Made by a program: the position numbers and the translations under genes
From: Callorhinchus milii
Taxonomy: Eukaryota
DNA: 64,000 nt
Direction: 5' to 3'
NCBI RefSeq assembly: GCF_018977255.1
Contig: NW_024704743.1
Span: forward strand, 93,746,001-93,810,000
In this document: positions 1 to 13,393 of the stretch, piece by piece
How positions within the stretch are numbered: the first letter of the stretch is position 1
Layout of the letters: each line of letters starts with the position of its first letter
Notes under the pieces: generated by a model
What the model was told of the DNA's origin: nothing
The model's input: the letters and a program-made list of their open reading frames with translations, nothing else
Database searches by the model: none

Positions 1-341
1 CTACCAACCCGTCAGTTCCCTCCGCTCAGCCGGCTCTGGCTTGCTCCACGTCCCCCGACTCACCCTCCCCACCATTGGCGGGAGAGCCTTCAGCCACTCT
101 GCCCCCAATCTCTGAAATTCCATCCCCCAGTAACTCCACCTCGCCCCCTCCTTAGCCTCCTTCAAGTCTCGCCTCAAGACCCTCCTCTTCGACCATGCTA
201 TTGGCCACCCCCCTTCCCCTCCCCTCCCTTATCCCCCCAACCCCAGCTCGGGTCTGAAATCCTGTACTCTGTCCAGCGCCTTGGGAAGTCCTCTGTACAT
301 GAAAGGCGCTATACAAATGTAATCTTGTTGTTGTCGTTGTT
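1..341 (+). mobile_element. L2 LINE 3' end (cut by window start)
   Basis: End of L2 ORF2-like sequence, C-rich 3'UTR, terminal stem AGCGCCTT..AAGGCGCT and (TTG)n tail; matches 22450-22790. Confidence 0.9.
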
Positions 342-399
342 ATAGTTTGTGTCAGAGCAGTGCCCTTTTTGGGTCAGCGTATTGTACTCATAGTTACCG

Positions 400-950
400 G
401 ATGTGGGGGAGGAAGGATAATTGGGTTTGAACCTAATGCCTAGGTTGCGTACGGGTTCGGAGAGGTTTAGGGGCAGGTCGGGTAATTGAAGGAGGTGAGA
501 ACCATGCGATTGAAGAGTATGGCTTCCATCTTGTCAACATTTAGCTGAAGGAAATTTGCGCTCACCCAGCTCCTGATGACTGATAGGCAGGCTGACAGAC
601 CATCAGGAGACTGGGGGTCCAAAGTGAAGTGGAAAAATAAAGTTGGGGGTCATCCGCATATATGTGGAAGTGTACCCCATATCTGCGGATGACATCCCAA
701 GAGGGAGCATGTAGATTAGGAAGAGGAGGGGCCGAGGATGGATCCTTGGGGTACCCCACAGGTAACCAGGTGAGAGCAGGAGGAAAAGCCGTTGGTGGAG
801 ATGTACTGCTGGCGGTTTGTGAGGTCGGACTCGAACCAGGCGAGTGCAGTCCCACTGAGGTGGATGATGGAGGAAAGGCGGTGGAGGAGGATGGCGTGAT
901 CGACTATGTCGAAAGCGGCGGAGAAGTTCAGGAGGATAAGGAGGCAGGGG
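400..950 (-). mobile_element. L2 RT internal fragment, frameshifted
   Basis: ORF track shows LLNFSAAFDIVDH, GVPQGSILGP and HIYADDPQLY in different frames. Confidence 0.9.
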
Positions 951-1149
951 GCGTACAAAAACAATCATTGCATTTCACAGTAAAAATCCCATGAAATGCT
1001 TTGAGACATCTTGACCATATAATAAAGTGCGATTTCAAATTCAAGGTTTATTATTAAAAACATGCTTATAGGTCAGAGCATGTGTTATTTGATTGTTAAT
1101 ACTAATATAAACAGTTGTACATAGACCTAAGTCTCTCAACTGCCTAATT

Positions 1150-1375
1150 CACAAAGTTGATAAAGATTCCATGGCATTCAATGTCATGATTTCATAAGAG
1201 AAGGGAGTTTCTCCTGGTGTGCTGTCCAACAATACTCTTGATTAATCAGTCATTCATAACAAATCATATTGTGATATTTGATTGGCATAAATAGCTGCCG
1301 CATTCGCTTAAATAAACATTCATAGCAATTAACTTGTGCAGCGAATAAAGTGCATTGTGTATCTCAACCAATAAA
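1150..1375 (+). mobile_element. Degenerate Deu-domain SINE fragment
   Basis: aaagattccatggca...gggagtttctcctggtgtgctgtccaac, similar to 26640 and 60650 copies. Confidence 0.55.
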
Positions 1376-2289
1376 ATACATTGTGGTTAAAAAAAGGGAT
1401 GTTTCATAACAGATTTGATGTGACAATCACCATTGAATTCTTCTAAGGCCAGTTTTGAAATGCATTCATTAATTCCGGGTAGTATTGGGACTGAAATGTC
1501 AGCACACTTTGCCAAATCTGCAGCAAGATGAACTCCAATCTAAGCCATACCCTTACTCTAACCAGCTCTAAATGCCCCATGTCCATCTTGAGGTCCACAA
1601 ATGCTCTACAAAACGGTGCCTTATCAACTTCATAAAGCAATTAAATATATACAGTAGCTATTTAATATCTACCAGCTCTCCTCACAGAAAATGTAATCTT
1701 CCATTTGCTATTGAATACAAGTCCATACCCCCTTGTAACCTGAGAAACATTGCGTCATTGTCCCTACAGGGAAATGTGTACCTGTCTGTTCTTAGGATTC
1801 TCAGGTGAAACTGTAAATGAAGCAACAAAAAAGAGGAAATTGTGCAATAATTCTTAGAGCCACTGGTGTTAATAAAGTGGCCAAACAGTATAGTGGGCGT
1901 GTAACCACTGAAAAAAAGTGCATACAACATAAATTGCATTTTCTGTACAGAAACCTTTATATGTCATTCTGACTTTCAGACTTTGGCTCCAAGGTGTTCT
2001 TGGGTTACAGCCAAACTGTGAGCCAAGGAGACATACAAGGAGTTGCCTGTGGAAAACACAGTTTATGCCATAGTTGTTTTTTCCAATCGGTCCATGGGAA
2101 CTCATGCCATTTGAACACCATTTTAACTCCAGTGCATGTCTGATTTGGATTTAAACATACTAAACCAGGTGACAGAAAAGCACTGTCACAAATTCCATCT
2201 ATAAACAAGCTCATAAAACTATAAATTGTTTGACACTTTCATTGACTAATCTCTGCAGAAATATTATGTTTACTTGTAAGTGATAGCAA

Positions 2290-2510
2290 TATCATCAATA
2301 ATCCTTGCATTTAATATATTGGCTTTAACATCATAAAGTTTTAAAGAGCATCCCAGCTAATTACTGTGAAATATAATGACTGCATATTTCACAATTTTGC
2401 CCAAATTCCCACAAATAGCCATGACCAATTCATCTGGACATTTATTGGCCAGAGCACATCTCTTTTCAATAGTTTCCTGAGGTCTTTAACACCTACTCGA
2501 ACAGGCAGCT
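2290..2510 (-). mobile_element. Degenerate Deu-domain SINE fragment
   Basis: aatccttgcattt tail, cccacaaatagc, ttggccagag; reverse-complement similarity to other copies. Confidence 0.5.
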
Positions 2511-3251
2511 GGTAAGTAGAATTGGCCACCAAATTGAGTTTCCAATAAATTGGTGAAGTTATTTCCATTTACTGGGGCTTCGGAAACAGTCAGGGGAATG
2601 TGCTCTGAGCACACACTTTAAACACTGCCATGTCAGCCATCTGGAGAGATTCACACCACAACAGATGTTGAAGTTATTAATACATCAGACTGATTATTGG
2701 TTTAAATCTTCTCTGAGTGAGCCAAGGGATTCCCCAGAACACCACTTGCTCTGTTTGCACATTCACCTGAGAGGTTCTCAGTTGTTTACACAGTAAACAT
2801 TAAAATCGGATATAATGACGAACAGTCAGACCACCTCCTTAAGGGACATTATCACAAAAGAGTTTGCCACCACTTACAGATTTCCCCCCTACTAAAACAT
2901 GCCAAACAAGGGCATTGAAAAGATCAACTCCCAATGTTTTCATGGTCTTAGCCTTATGACTAATGTCTTAAACTGTAAAACGTAAGATGAAACATTTTAA
3001 AAGGAACTGCGGCAAAAACGAAGAAAAATTAAGACTGAATTACAAGAATTTTCCAGAATTCTGCATGATCTTATATTTTAGGCCTCAGAATTTCCGTATA
3101 TTTTTGCATATATAACACAACTTCATTATAGCGTGAGGTGCTATCTCGGCAGTCACATGCCAACAACAATAATAACTTGCATTTATATAGCACCCTTCAA
3201 GCGGGCTTGTGTCTCAGATTGCTTAATAAGCACATTATAAGCAGAGCATGA

Positions 3252-3473
3252 AAAAATAACCGACTTCCAGATTGTCAGGTCACGTATACACTAGGTGCAG
3301 GACGTAAATTTGCTAACTAAATGTAAATTTGTATTGGATTGTGCTGCAAATGTCACTTTGCAAAATGATGTCAGCGATACTTCCTGTCATTTTTTTGTGA
3401 TACTTTGTGCATGTACACAATGTGCAGGAAGTGACATCGCAACGATCTGATGACCTGGAAGTTGGTCACTTTT
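3252..3473. mobile_element. MITE-like element with imperfect terminal inverted repeats
   Basis: aaaaataaccgacttccagattgtcaggtc versus reverse complement of the right end aaaagtgaccaacttccaggtcatcagatc; no ORF. Confidence 0.55.
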
Positions 3474-5084
3474 GTAGTGCAAGAAGCTGGCTAATCAGTA
3501 CTGGAAGCCTGGTCCACAGGATACCAACACTATAAGCAATGCTGCATTATAATGATCGGCGTTATGATGGGGTCACTCTGAAATAATAGTGTAACTCAGT
3601 CACACAAAATGTAGTCACAACACTCATCTGTCTTTCTCTGTTTGCACAGGAAGCTATTCATTTGCTAGTCTTTGGGTCACAGGGAGTCTAAATTGCATTC
3701 ATTAATATAATTTCACAGATGTTGCAAGAGGACACAGCAATAATTCTCCCTGGTAATAGTTGCTTTGGAACCTACCCGGACCCTTAAGTTCTTGCTTCCG
3801 CTCACTGATATGTGATCAATCAACAACAAAAAATAAAAAAAACTTGTGTTGATAGAGATGCCAGCAGCTAGTTCCTCCCTAGACTGTCAAAATCTATATC
3901 TGACTGAAAAAGTAGCGGATGCCTGGTTTTCTGGCAATGTGGAGAAGCTTTGTGTCCGCTGATGGTAACCTCCAGTAACTGGCTGAAACTGCCATTCAAC
4001 AGCAAACTGTGCACTTTGGGCTGTTAATATATTTATAATAATGACTGTGCTGCTTGTCAAAATCATGCACAGATTTGTACTAATGTCTTTTGTTATCGCT
4101 TCCAGTAGATCTCACAAGTGGTTTGAAGGCATTCCGTTTGTCCCCGTCATGTATTTTCCCAAGGGAAGCAACCTGAAGTGCTAACTGGTTTTGCTTGAAT
4201 TCAATTCCATGACAGGTTCTCCTTCAGTGCTTCTATTCTTTCTGTAGGAGTGTCTGAGACACTTGTCACACCCATCACCTGTTTGTTGGGTGCCATCCAA
4301 TTTCACTGACTTTGGCTCTGCTCCTATTGTCTGCTAATTTCCAATTCTTTATTGCAACCAATTCTCCAGTGGCACCTCATAGCTTCTCATCAGCCAGTGC
4401 AACAAGGGTCCCAACTCCATCATCATATTGCAAGCTTGTAAACACTGTGTCTAATTAGATCCCGGGTCATTGCTTGAGTTCTGATTGAGATTACTGTAAT
4501 ACAGAGGGGATTTTATGCTGAAGGTCTCATTTATACCATGATATCGGTATTTTTTTCTGATTGAACAATAATTCTCGAAGGCTTACAGACAACTGAATAT
4601 CATTTAAAGGATTAGTCTCAGCCACTGGCTGTGGGGTAGGAGCCTTCCCTTATAATAAACATATAACTTCAAACCAAGGCTGGTGCTTCAAATCAATACA
4701 ATCCACTAACTTGCTATTGTGCTGCAAACTATTTTCATTTCGCTTGGAACCTGAGGTAGCATCAACACACCTTAGTTTTTCGGTTTGTTTCAATCATCTA
4801 CTTGAACATTTTCCAGGAGAAAGATGTCATGGATTAGCATGGACTTTGCCCCACCCACACACTCACCTGTGGGAAAGTTTTGAAGAACAGCTATCCAAAA
4901 CTGTTCACCCCAAGCTGCCAAATATTTCACCCATCCTCTCATCCTCACCATTAAACTCTGGTTTCCTATACCAGCATCCATCACTCCCACCTTCCCCCAC
5001 CAGCCTTAGCACCACATGACCATGGTGCTCTAGTGTAAGACATCATATCTCAGCATCAATAATGTTCACTAGATGGCAAGCTAT

Positions 5085-5330
5085 AAACAAAAGGGCACAA
5101 AGTTAAGGAAATCACAAAAGGAATTGCAGGATACTTTTACACGGAGGGTAGTTGGCATGTGGAATTCTCTGCCATAAACAATGTTGAAGCAGAGTCCACA
5201 AATTATTTTAAAATTCAATTTCACAGATGTTTGAAAAAGAGGAATATTAAAGAATATCGGAAGTGAGCAGAAGAGAGGGAAGAGAGTAGGTGGTTCAAGT
5301 GGAGAAACAGTACAGACTTGATGGGCCAAA
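5085..5330 (+). mobile_element. CR1 LINE 3' fragment (old)
   Basis: ttttacacggagggtagttggcatgtggaattctctgcca...gatgggccaaa, typical of a CR1 3' region. Confidence 0.7.
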
Positions 5331-5339
5331 AATTCCAGT

Positions 5340-5550
5340 GCAATGTTAGGGGAACGTTTAATTGTCAGAGATGCCTTATTTTAAAGATCTCATGGCACCA
5401 ATTGAAAAGAGAAGGGAGTTTCTCCCAGTTTCCTGACCAACAATATTCCAGATTAAATTGTTTATCACTTCATAGCAATTTGTAGGACATTGGTGTGTGC
5501 AAATTGGCTATCGATCTGCAAACAAATACACAACAAATCTTGTGAAGTGC
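5340..5550 (+). mobile_element. Degenerate Deu-domain SINE
   Basis: aaagatctcatggcacc...gggagtttctccc...gtgcaaattggct. Confidence 0.6.
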
Positions 5551-6299
5551 TGTCAGGTAAAACATTCAGCAGTGTTTCATAATGCATTCAATCACATCAA
5601 GTCCATTATTAAATTCTCCAAATTTCACCACATTGATTATATAATCTCAGTCTATACATATCTCAAAAACATTCAATCCTATTCCCAAAATGACAAATTT
5701 GATCCTATCTGTATGAAGTTCACATATTTATAAATATATATATATTTATATAGCGTGTGCTGTTAAAGGCACATTTACTGGGATCTGCACGAGACTGCTT
5801 TTGATTATAGGCAAAGTTTAAACTTTCTTCCTCATTGTTTGATATTTCTGACTTAGCTGCTGTTAGCTGTATCTTTCTTCCAATCTTGTCTCACCCAACA
5901 TTTTCATACAATACACACTTCACAGTTATCGCTGAGCAGTAGTCTGGTCTGGTTCTCCCTTCTCTCCCTTTCCCCCTCCTCTGTCACCCCAGCTCAGGGG
6001 CTTTGATCGGTTCCTATTGAAAATCCAGGCCATCTGGTGCACACTTGTCTAGAAGCCCAACCACTGTGTTTATGTTTATATATGGATATATGTGCACGCA
6101 CGGGCATGGAATCTTAATTCTTTGGAGGATTATGTGTCTGTCTAGGCACGTGTGTATCTGTGTTTATGTATGTGTTTGAAGGGGGTGTCAACTCTCTCAA
6201 GTCTTTCCATTGCCTGTTCAAGTGTTTGTTAACGACCCTATTATACCATTTGAAAAGAGAAGAGAATTTCTCTTGGTGTCCTGGCCAACAATCCTAAAG

Positions 6300-6565
6300 A
6301 TTACAACAATTCTACATTTATACAATACCTTTCACATCAGGAAGAGGTCTCAAAGCACTTCACAAACCTGAGCTGAGAGCCCAAGCTGGGAGTGGTGGTA
6401 GCTGAGAAGTGGGAGGGAGGAAAGTTAAAAGCGGTCAAAAACAAAAGTTCTTAAGGCAGGCTTCAAAGGTGGGGAGGGACTGAGCAAGGTAGAGGGACTC
6501 CAGGTTAGCGTTCCAGAGAGTGGGAACAGAATAGCTGAAAGCCCACCTGCCGATGATGGGGTGGG
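6300..6565 (-). mobile_element. L2 3' end
   Basis: (caa)n tail, terminal stem remnant, ttccagagagtgggaacagaatagctgaaagccc matching other L2 ends. Confidence 0.75.
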
Positions 6566-8635
6566 TCACAGGATATTTAGCAGATGATTGATTGCAAGCA
6601 TTATTATTAACAATAGTAAAAGATTGAGTGCATCCACTTACATGTTGTTGTATAACATTAGGGTAACTGGATGAAAGAGGTCATGAATGGGTGAGAGGAG
6701 AAAGAATGAAAAACATCTGAAGCTACAGAGGAAGGAAAACTTTGCATTCAATCAAAAATTTGTTTCCACTTTCAATTGGGATCTGTGTCGGTACAGTGAC
6801 AAATGAATACATATTTCTGTATGTACTGTATGAGCATCATCATATAATAAAAGCCACCAAATAAATGATATTCCTAGGTAATGTAATATAAGTCTACTTA
6901 TTTTATTCAAAATCAATTTAGCACTTATTATATTTGATGCGCTTTAAATCACCCATGACCAATCAGATTACAAAAATTGACGGCAAAAAGGTTTGGAGCT
7001 CTTTACAGAGCTTACGTTCTGCCTGCTGGTGTAAAATTACAGCTCACTGTGCACATTATCCAGTAAACATTAATAATAGGAAGTATTGGAAGCAGATTAA
7101 AAAGCTATGACTCAACCTGCCTCTGGCAGCAAACAACCAAGTTATCTGGCATCTACGCAGAAAGTGCCACGCGCCTTCTACACCTGATTGTCTATCTGCA
7201 CCTGGCTGAGCGAGGTTGGGCGAGCTGAGACAGAGACCAAGTCTCTCATACACTTGTTCCATCGCCGCAGGTGTACACTGCAAGCCTCAAGTTTCGCAAG
7301 TCGATGGGCGTCAGCACAGAGGGCTGCATTTTTGTCCCTGATATCTTGATGCAAATTACCTGAGTGGCAGTTCCGTTGTTTTACAGTGAAGTATCAACAA
7401 ACAAAGCTGCAAAGTATTGCAGCAGCGTCCTGGATCTTCCCTTTTTATTCTCAGTGGCAGATGTGAACAGATGTGAGCGCGGCAGTGTTTTTTCCAGTCT
7501 GTTGAAAACTGCCGATGCTTGCAATGGAAAGATGATATAATCATTTGGGTAAACCAGCAGGTCAGGGCCTGTATTAGCACAGAGTTATTTCTCTCAATGA
7601 CAGAGGCACTTGCACATGGCAGGTGCAATAGTTGCCTACCTGCAGGCATTGTTGAGACAAGTTCCAAGGTTGGGAAACTGCTTATTTTTCAACATATCTT
7701 TAGCTGAAGCTTATAGCTTGTTTAAATTAACCCTGGCTTTAACCCCACAATGTCTTTAACAACACATTCCCAATGGCATCATACAGCTGCAATAATGACA
7801 AGAAAATGACGATTCCATATAAACCAGACTCTAAACTTTATTACACTAATCAGTCCTAAAAATGTGTTTGAACACTAGCTCCCAATGCAATGTGCAACCA
7901 AAGTAGCATCATTAGTTACAGGCATCATGACAGATTTTGGGCTTATTGAGACAGGAACGAGGCAACTTTGACCACACTTCCAGGTACCAGCAGTGTGAAG
8001 TGCTTTTAGATATCCTCTTGATGTGAAGGATGCTAAATAAATAAAAAATTGTATAAAAGTGGAAAGTGTGCACTTAGGAAAAAAATCACCCGTTTCTTCT
8101 CCATCTCTTCAGCAGCAATTGTGAAAGGTCTAAGCGTCAGGTAATTTAGTGTTTGCCATGAATTTGATGTTTCTTTGCCTCATATGAATGAATCACTCGT
8201 GTTAAGTATTAAAATTAGGTGATTTATTCCCCCTACAAAAACACTTGACAGTAATTATTTGAAAGAGCCGACTGATGTTTCGCTGTGATAAGGTGCTATA
8301 ATATGCACATTCCTTCTTTCTTCCTTTAAACATTGGAAGACGCAGCTGTTTTTAAAGAGCACTCCAAGACACAATTCTGTGTGATGGGCGCTAAATAAAT
8401 GCAAGTTCTTGCTGTTGTTGAAAAGATGTTACATTACTGTATTCTAATTTTTTTCTCTCTCTGCCTACCCACACCTGTTCAAAAACCATTTTGCTTTCCT
8501 TTTCACGTTTCTCTCTCACTATGATCTCCAAACACAGGCTCAACTTTCTGACAAGATCTGACTTGCTTGTTTACATAGCTAAGAGGCATCTGATTGTTCA
8601 CTTCCATGTACAGGTGCCTTCTGGGTGTTTGGTGC

Positions 8636-9270
8636 TCATTGAATCAGTTACACGATCATACCAGATCCAGTCCTATTACACACTGAGTCAGTTGCAAGGT
8701 CACACCAGATACTATATAATATAATAATAATAATAATAACTTGATCACTTCAATCCACGACTGTTTGTGGGACTCTGTTGTGCGCAATTGGCGACTGTGT
8801 TTTGCCCACAAAATATAGTCAATTCACTTTACAGTATATTCTGTGAAACACTTTGAAACGCATTGAAGTGATAAGGTGCTATATCAAATGCAACGATTAT
8901 TATTTTATTGCAGATCCTCTCCTCATTACAAACTGAGTCAGTTACAAGATCACATCAGATCCTATACAATACAGTAATGATAATAACAGTAAGAATAAAT
9001 TGGTCACTTCAATCCACGACTGTTTGTGGGACATTGCTGTGTGTAATTGTATGCTGCATTTCACACACAAAATATACAGTCAATTCACTTTAGAGCATAT
9101 TCTGTGAAGCGCTTTGAGACATCTCAAAACATGATCTGGCGCTATATCAAATGCAAGGATTATTATTTTATTTTAGATCCTGTCTTCATTATACACTGAG
9201 TCAGTTACAAAGTCACACCAGATGCTGTCCTCATTACATAGTGAATCAGTTACAGGCATCACATTAGATA
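8636..9270. repeat. ~45-bp minisatellite interleaved with two SINE 3' halves (8720-8908, 8975-9173)
   Basis: Unit cagatcctgtcctcattacacactgagtcagttacaagatcacac seen about 5 times. Confidence 0.85.
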
Positions 9271-9584
9271 CTAACATTACCACTGGTCTTAATCTGAGAT
9301 CCTACTATTAACTTAAGATCATGCAAAATTTTGGATAACAGTTGTAAATTCAGTTTTAATCTGGAAGCCTGTTATCCGCAGTTCTTCTTGTGTTTTGCAG
9401 AAGAAAGAATTGGCTTCCAAATTAAGGCTAAATTTGTTTGTTTTCCAAACACCTCACAATTTTACATTTGAAAACAATGGTTTAACCCTAACATCATGAG
9501 AAACTGGGGGCCACTGAACTCAACCTTAGCTTGCAATAATGTAGAACTCATTTCCTACATATTTCCTTCTGTTTAGTTTGTTTT

Positions 9585-9870
9585 CTAGGAACATAGGAAC
9601 TGGAGTTGGTAATTCAAACCATCACAGCAGATATTTTAATCCCATTTCCTAACATTTACTCCTTGCCTCCTCAAGGATCTATGTATTTTGTAAATAACCC
9701 AATCAATTCTGCATCTATGATTTTCTGGGTCAGTGAATTCTATATTTTCATAATCCCGTATCAAGAAAGGTTTTCTCATCTCACATCAGCTCTAATTTCA
9801 TCCCTTTGGTTTTGATCCCTCAACCAAAGGGAACAGTTGTCTCCTAAGTAGTTTGTCAATTCATGTTTAA
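9585..9870 (-). mobile_element. CR1 3' fragment (old)
   Basis: aggaacataggaac tail, then ttctgggtcagtgaattc...ccaaagggaacag. Confidence 0.6.
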
Positions 9871-10080
9871 ACCACCTCAATCAGATTGGGGGCAAATTTG
9901 CTCACCAGCCATTTTGGTGACAGGCCAATTTGGGATTCACAATTCACTTACCAAGAATTTCCTCAATCTGATATTCGAAAACTGGAAGTTGCCCTTAATA
10001 CAAGAAAGTACAATCTGGATTGCAAAAGTCCCTTTAGAGCCCTAAGTACTTACTGACCCTTTGAAAATTTCACTCAACGA

Positions 10081-11570
10081 AAACAACAACAAAATTACGT
10101 TTGTATAGCGCCTTTCACATCGGGAGGAAGTCCCAAGGCGTTGAACAGACAGAGTTGTGGACCTGAGCTGAGGGTCCGGGTGGGGAGGGTGGAGGGCAGG
10201 GGGGGAGAGCAGGGAGATCAAAAGCATAGTCGAAGAGGAGGGTCTTAAGGTGGGTCTTGAGGGTGACAATGGAAGGGGAGAGATGGAGGGACTGCAGGAT
10301 GGAGTTCCAGAGGGTGTGTGTAGAGTGGTGGAAGGCCTGCACGTGGATACTGGGGCGAGCAAGACCGGGGCCGTGAAGCAGGCCGTAGCCCGCTGAGTGG
10401 AGGGAGCGAACAGGGTGGTTAGGAGGTCAGAGAGGTAGAAGGAGCAAGACTGTGGAGGGATTTGAAAGTGAGGACCAGGATCTTGAACTGTATCCTCTTT
10501 GTGATGGAAACCCAGTGGAGTTGGGCAAGGATGGGGTGATAGGGTCAGGGAGTCTAGTAATAATAAATAATACTAATAATCCTTGCATTTGATATAGCGC
10601 TTTTCACGTCTTCTAGACGTCTCAAAGTGCTTCACAGAATAGACTGTAAAGTGAATTGACCGTATATACGTGGGTGAAATGCGGCAGCCAATTGTGCACA
10701 GCAGTGTCCCACAAACAGTTGTGGATTGAAATGACCAATTTATTATTGTTTTTTTTGAGGGATTATTATCAGGCATGTGGAGTAAGGAAACTTGCCCAAG
10801 GTTTCACCCTGCCGGGATTCGAACCCAGGTCTCTCGCTTGCTCTAACCACTGAGCTACAGAACTCCACAGGAGAGGTCAGGGGGCTGCAGAGTTCTGGAT
10901 GATCTGCAGCCTGTGGAGGAAAGAGTTGGGGAGGCCGACAAGCAGTGAGTTTGCGTAGTCGAGCCTTGATGTAATGAAGGCGTGTATGAGGTTTTCAGCG
11001 GTCTGTGGTGTGAGACAGTATCGGAGCTGGGTGACATTGTGGAGGTGGAGGAAGGCAAAGCGGGTCATGGCACAGATGTGGGGTAGAAAGGATAGTTGAG
11101 GGTCAAACAAGACTCCAAGGCTCCGGACTGGCTTAGCAAGGTGGAGTGTGCAACCATGGATCGTGATGCTGTCAGCGCCTGAGGTGAGGAGGCGCTGATG
11201 GGAGCCAATCAGGAGAGCCTCGGTCTTGTTGATGTTCAACTGAAGAAAGTGATCTCGCATCCAGGACTTGATGCGTCCTGGAGTCAAGGGTGGAGGCAGA
11301 GAGGTAGAGTTGGGTGTCATCCGCATACATGTGGAAGTTGACCCCATGTCTGCAGATGATGTCACCAAGAGGGAGCGTATAGATATTGAAGAGAAGGGTA
11401 CCATGGACAGAGCCCTGAGAAATGCCGCACGAGCCAGTCAGGGGGCCAGAGAAGAAGCCATTTGAGGAGATGAAGTGTAGGCAGTGTGAGAGGTACGATC
11501 TGAACCAATCATGTGGCATGTAGGATGAAGTGAGAGAAGAGGCGGTGGATGAGGATAGAGTGGTCGAAAA
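10081..11570 (-). mobile_element. 5'-truncated L2, interrupted by a SINE at 10558-10868
   Basis: [44 protein letters not shown] motifs; frameshifts; (caa)n tail at 10081. Confidence 0.95.
10558..10868 (-). mobile_element. tRNA-Ala-headed CORE/Deu-type SINE, short form, nested in L2
   Basis: Reverse complement of the 17432-17758 copy, with a small deletion in the head. Confidence 0.95.
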
Positions 11571-11624
11571 GGGCATCTTATCATGTCCAAACTTCTCAAA
11601 GCCCTTCACAAGTGATTGTTGTTA

Positions 11625-11915
11625 ATACAATACAATTTATATATGGCGTCTTTCACGTTGGGAAGATGGGTTTAGTGTCAAGTGTAATGGCTGTTTTTTG
11701 TAGGCAAACACAGCAAGTATTTTGCGCACAGCCAATCCCACAAACAAGCTTCAGGTGAATGATCAACTATGTGGACTGAGAGAAACTCCCTCCACTTTGT
11801 ACATTGTCAAGGAATTTTTACACCCACCTGGTTAAAGGGATCTGAATTCTTATCTGAAAAACAAAACTTCTCATATTGCAAGGGTTCCTCTATTAAGGGA
11901 TGCTCTACACAGCTG
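11625..11915 (-). mobile_element. Degenerate Deu-domain SINE
   Basis: gcgcacagccaatcccacaaac...gagaaactccctcc. Confidence 0.6.
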
Positions 11916-12029
11916 AAGCATCATTTCTTCCCCTTTGTATTCCAGACCCATTTAGAGAAAGGCCAACATTCCATTCGCTTTTTTGATTACTTTTTCACCT
12001 GGGAACTAGTTTTTAGTGATTTTGGGATA

Positions 12030-12920
12030 TAACTCTTTGCTCCTCCACAATTCTTAATTTCTCCCCATTAAGAAAATATTCTGCTTTATCTTTTTTCAGT
12101 CCATAGTGGATAACCTCACACTTCCCTACATTGAACTCCATCTGCCACAGCTTTGCCCACTCATTTAATCTGTCTACGTCCCTTTGTAACTTTCTACTCC
12201 CATCTACACAACTTACTGAGCCTCCTAGCTTAGTGTTGTCTGCAAACTTAGATATAAAACTTTCTATTCCTTCATCCAAGTCATTTATATATATGGCGAA
12301 CAGCTAGGGTCCCAGTACCAACCCCTGGGGGACACCACTTGTCACATCCCGCCAATCAGAGAACATTCCCTTGAGACCCACTCTCTGCTTTCTGCCTTCC
12401 AACCAATTACCAAGCCACGTCGCAAGGTTACCTCCAACTCCATGCGCTTCCATTTTCGCAAATAATCTTTTGTGTGGAACCTTATCAAATGCCTCCTGAA
12501 AGTCCACGTAAATGACATCCATAGACACTCTCTTATCCACCATTTTAGTGACCTTCTCAAAAAATTCAACTAGATTAGTCAGACCCTTCACAAACCCTTG
12601 CTGACTCTCTTTGACTAGCTCATACCTGTCCAAGTGTTCAGCCACTCTGTCCCTGATGGTGGATTCCAGTATTTTCCCTACAACTGACATTAAGCTGACA
12701 GGTCTATAGTTTCCTGGTTTCTCCCTCCCTCCCTTCTTAAATAAAGGGGTGACATTCGCAATTTTCCAATCTAAGAGTTCAATTCCCAAATCAAGTGAGC
12801 TTTGGAAAATTATGCAACTGCAATTGCCTCTCCTATTTCCTTTAACACTCCGGGGTGGAAACTATCAGGTCCTCGAGATTTGTCTACTGTGAGTCTCATT
12901 ATTTTTTCCATTACGATTTT
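12030..12920 (-). mobile_element. CR1 LINE RT fragment (pseudogenised)
   Basis: DWKIANVTPLFKKG, PGNYRPVSL, DFQEAFDKVPH, GVPQGLVLGP followed by a stop, KFADNTKLGG, WQMEFNVGKC. Confidence 0.95.
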
Positions 12921-13074
12921 TTTTATCTCCCTTCTCCCCAGGCTCCATGTCTAAATTATAATGAACATACAATAGATAAATCTCTCCAAGATAAAGGTTA
13001 TTGAGTGGAGTAATTGTGTTAAATAGTATCTTGTAAGTACATTTCTAATGTTCTGCTCAGTTGCTCTTGTACTT

Positions 13075-13393
13075 GTGGAGTCCTGTAGCTCAGAGGTTAG
13101 AGCACTCGCCTTGCAAGCGAGACACCTGGGTTCAATTCCAGGCAGGGAGAAACCTTAGGCAAGTTTCCTTACTCCACATGCCTAATAATAATCCCTGCAA
13201 AAACAAAAACAATAATAAATTGGTCATTTTCAATCCACGACTGTTTGTGGGACACTGCTGTGCGCAATTGGCTGCCATGTTTCACCCACAAATATACAGT
13301 CAATTCACTTTACAGCATATTCTGTGAAGTGCTTTGAGACGTCTGGAAGACGTGAAAAGCGCTATATCAAATGCAAGGATTATTATTATTATT
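13075..13393 (+). mobile_element. tRNA-Ala-headed SINE, short form
   Basis: A box, anticodon arm CTCGC-CTTGCAA-GCGAG, B box, L2-type tail, (TTA)n. Confidence 0.95.

Noticed and set aside
3447..3470. CTGATGA as a hammerhead core or snoRNA box
   Set aside because: No GAAA after a stem II and no partner box; part of the inverted repeat
8636..9270. CRISPR-like repeat-spacer array
   Set aside because: Vertebrate DNA, no cas genes, degenerate repeats, and the spacers are homologous SINE fragments
12013..12789. CR1 RT ORFs as an active element
   Set aside because: In-frame stop after QGLVLGP, deletions, FADD altered to FADN, both ends missing
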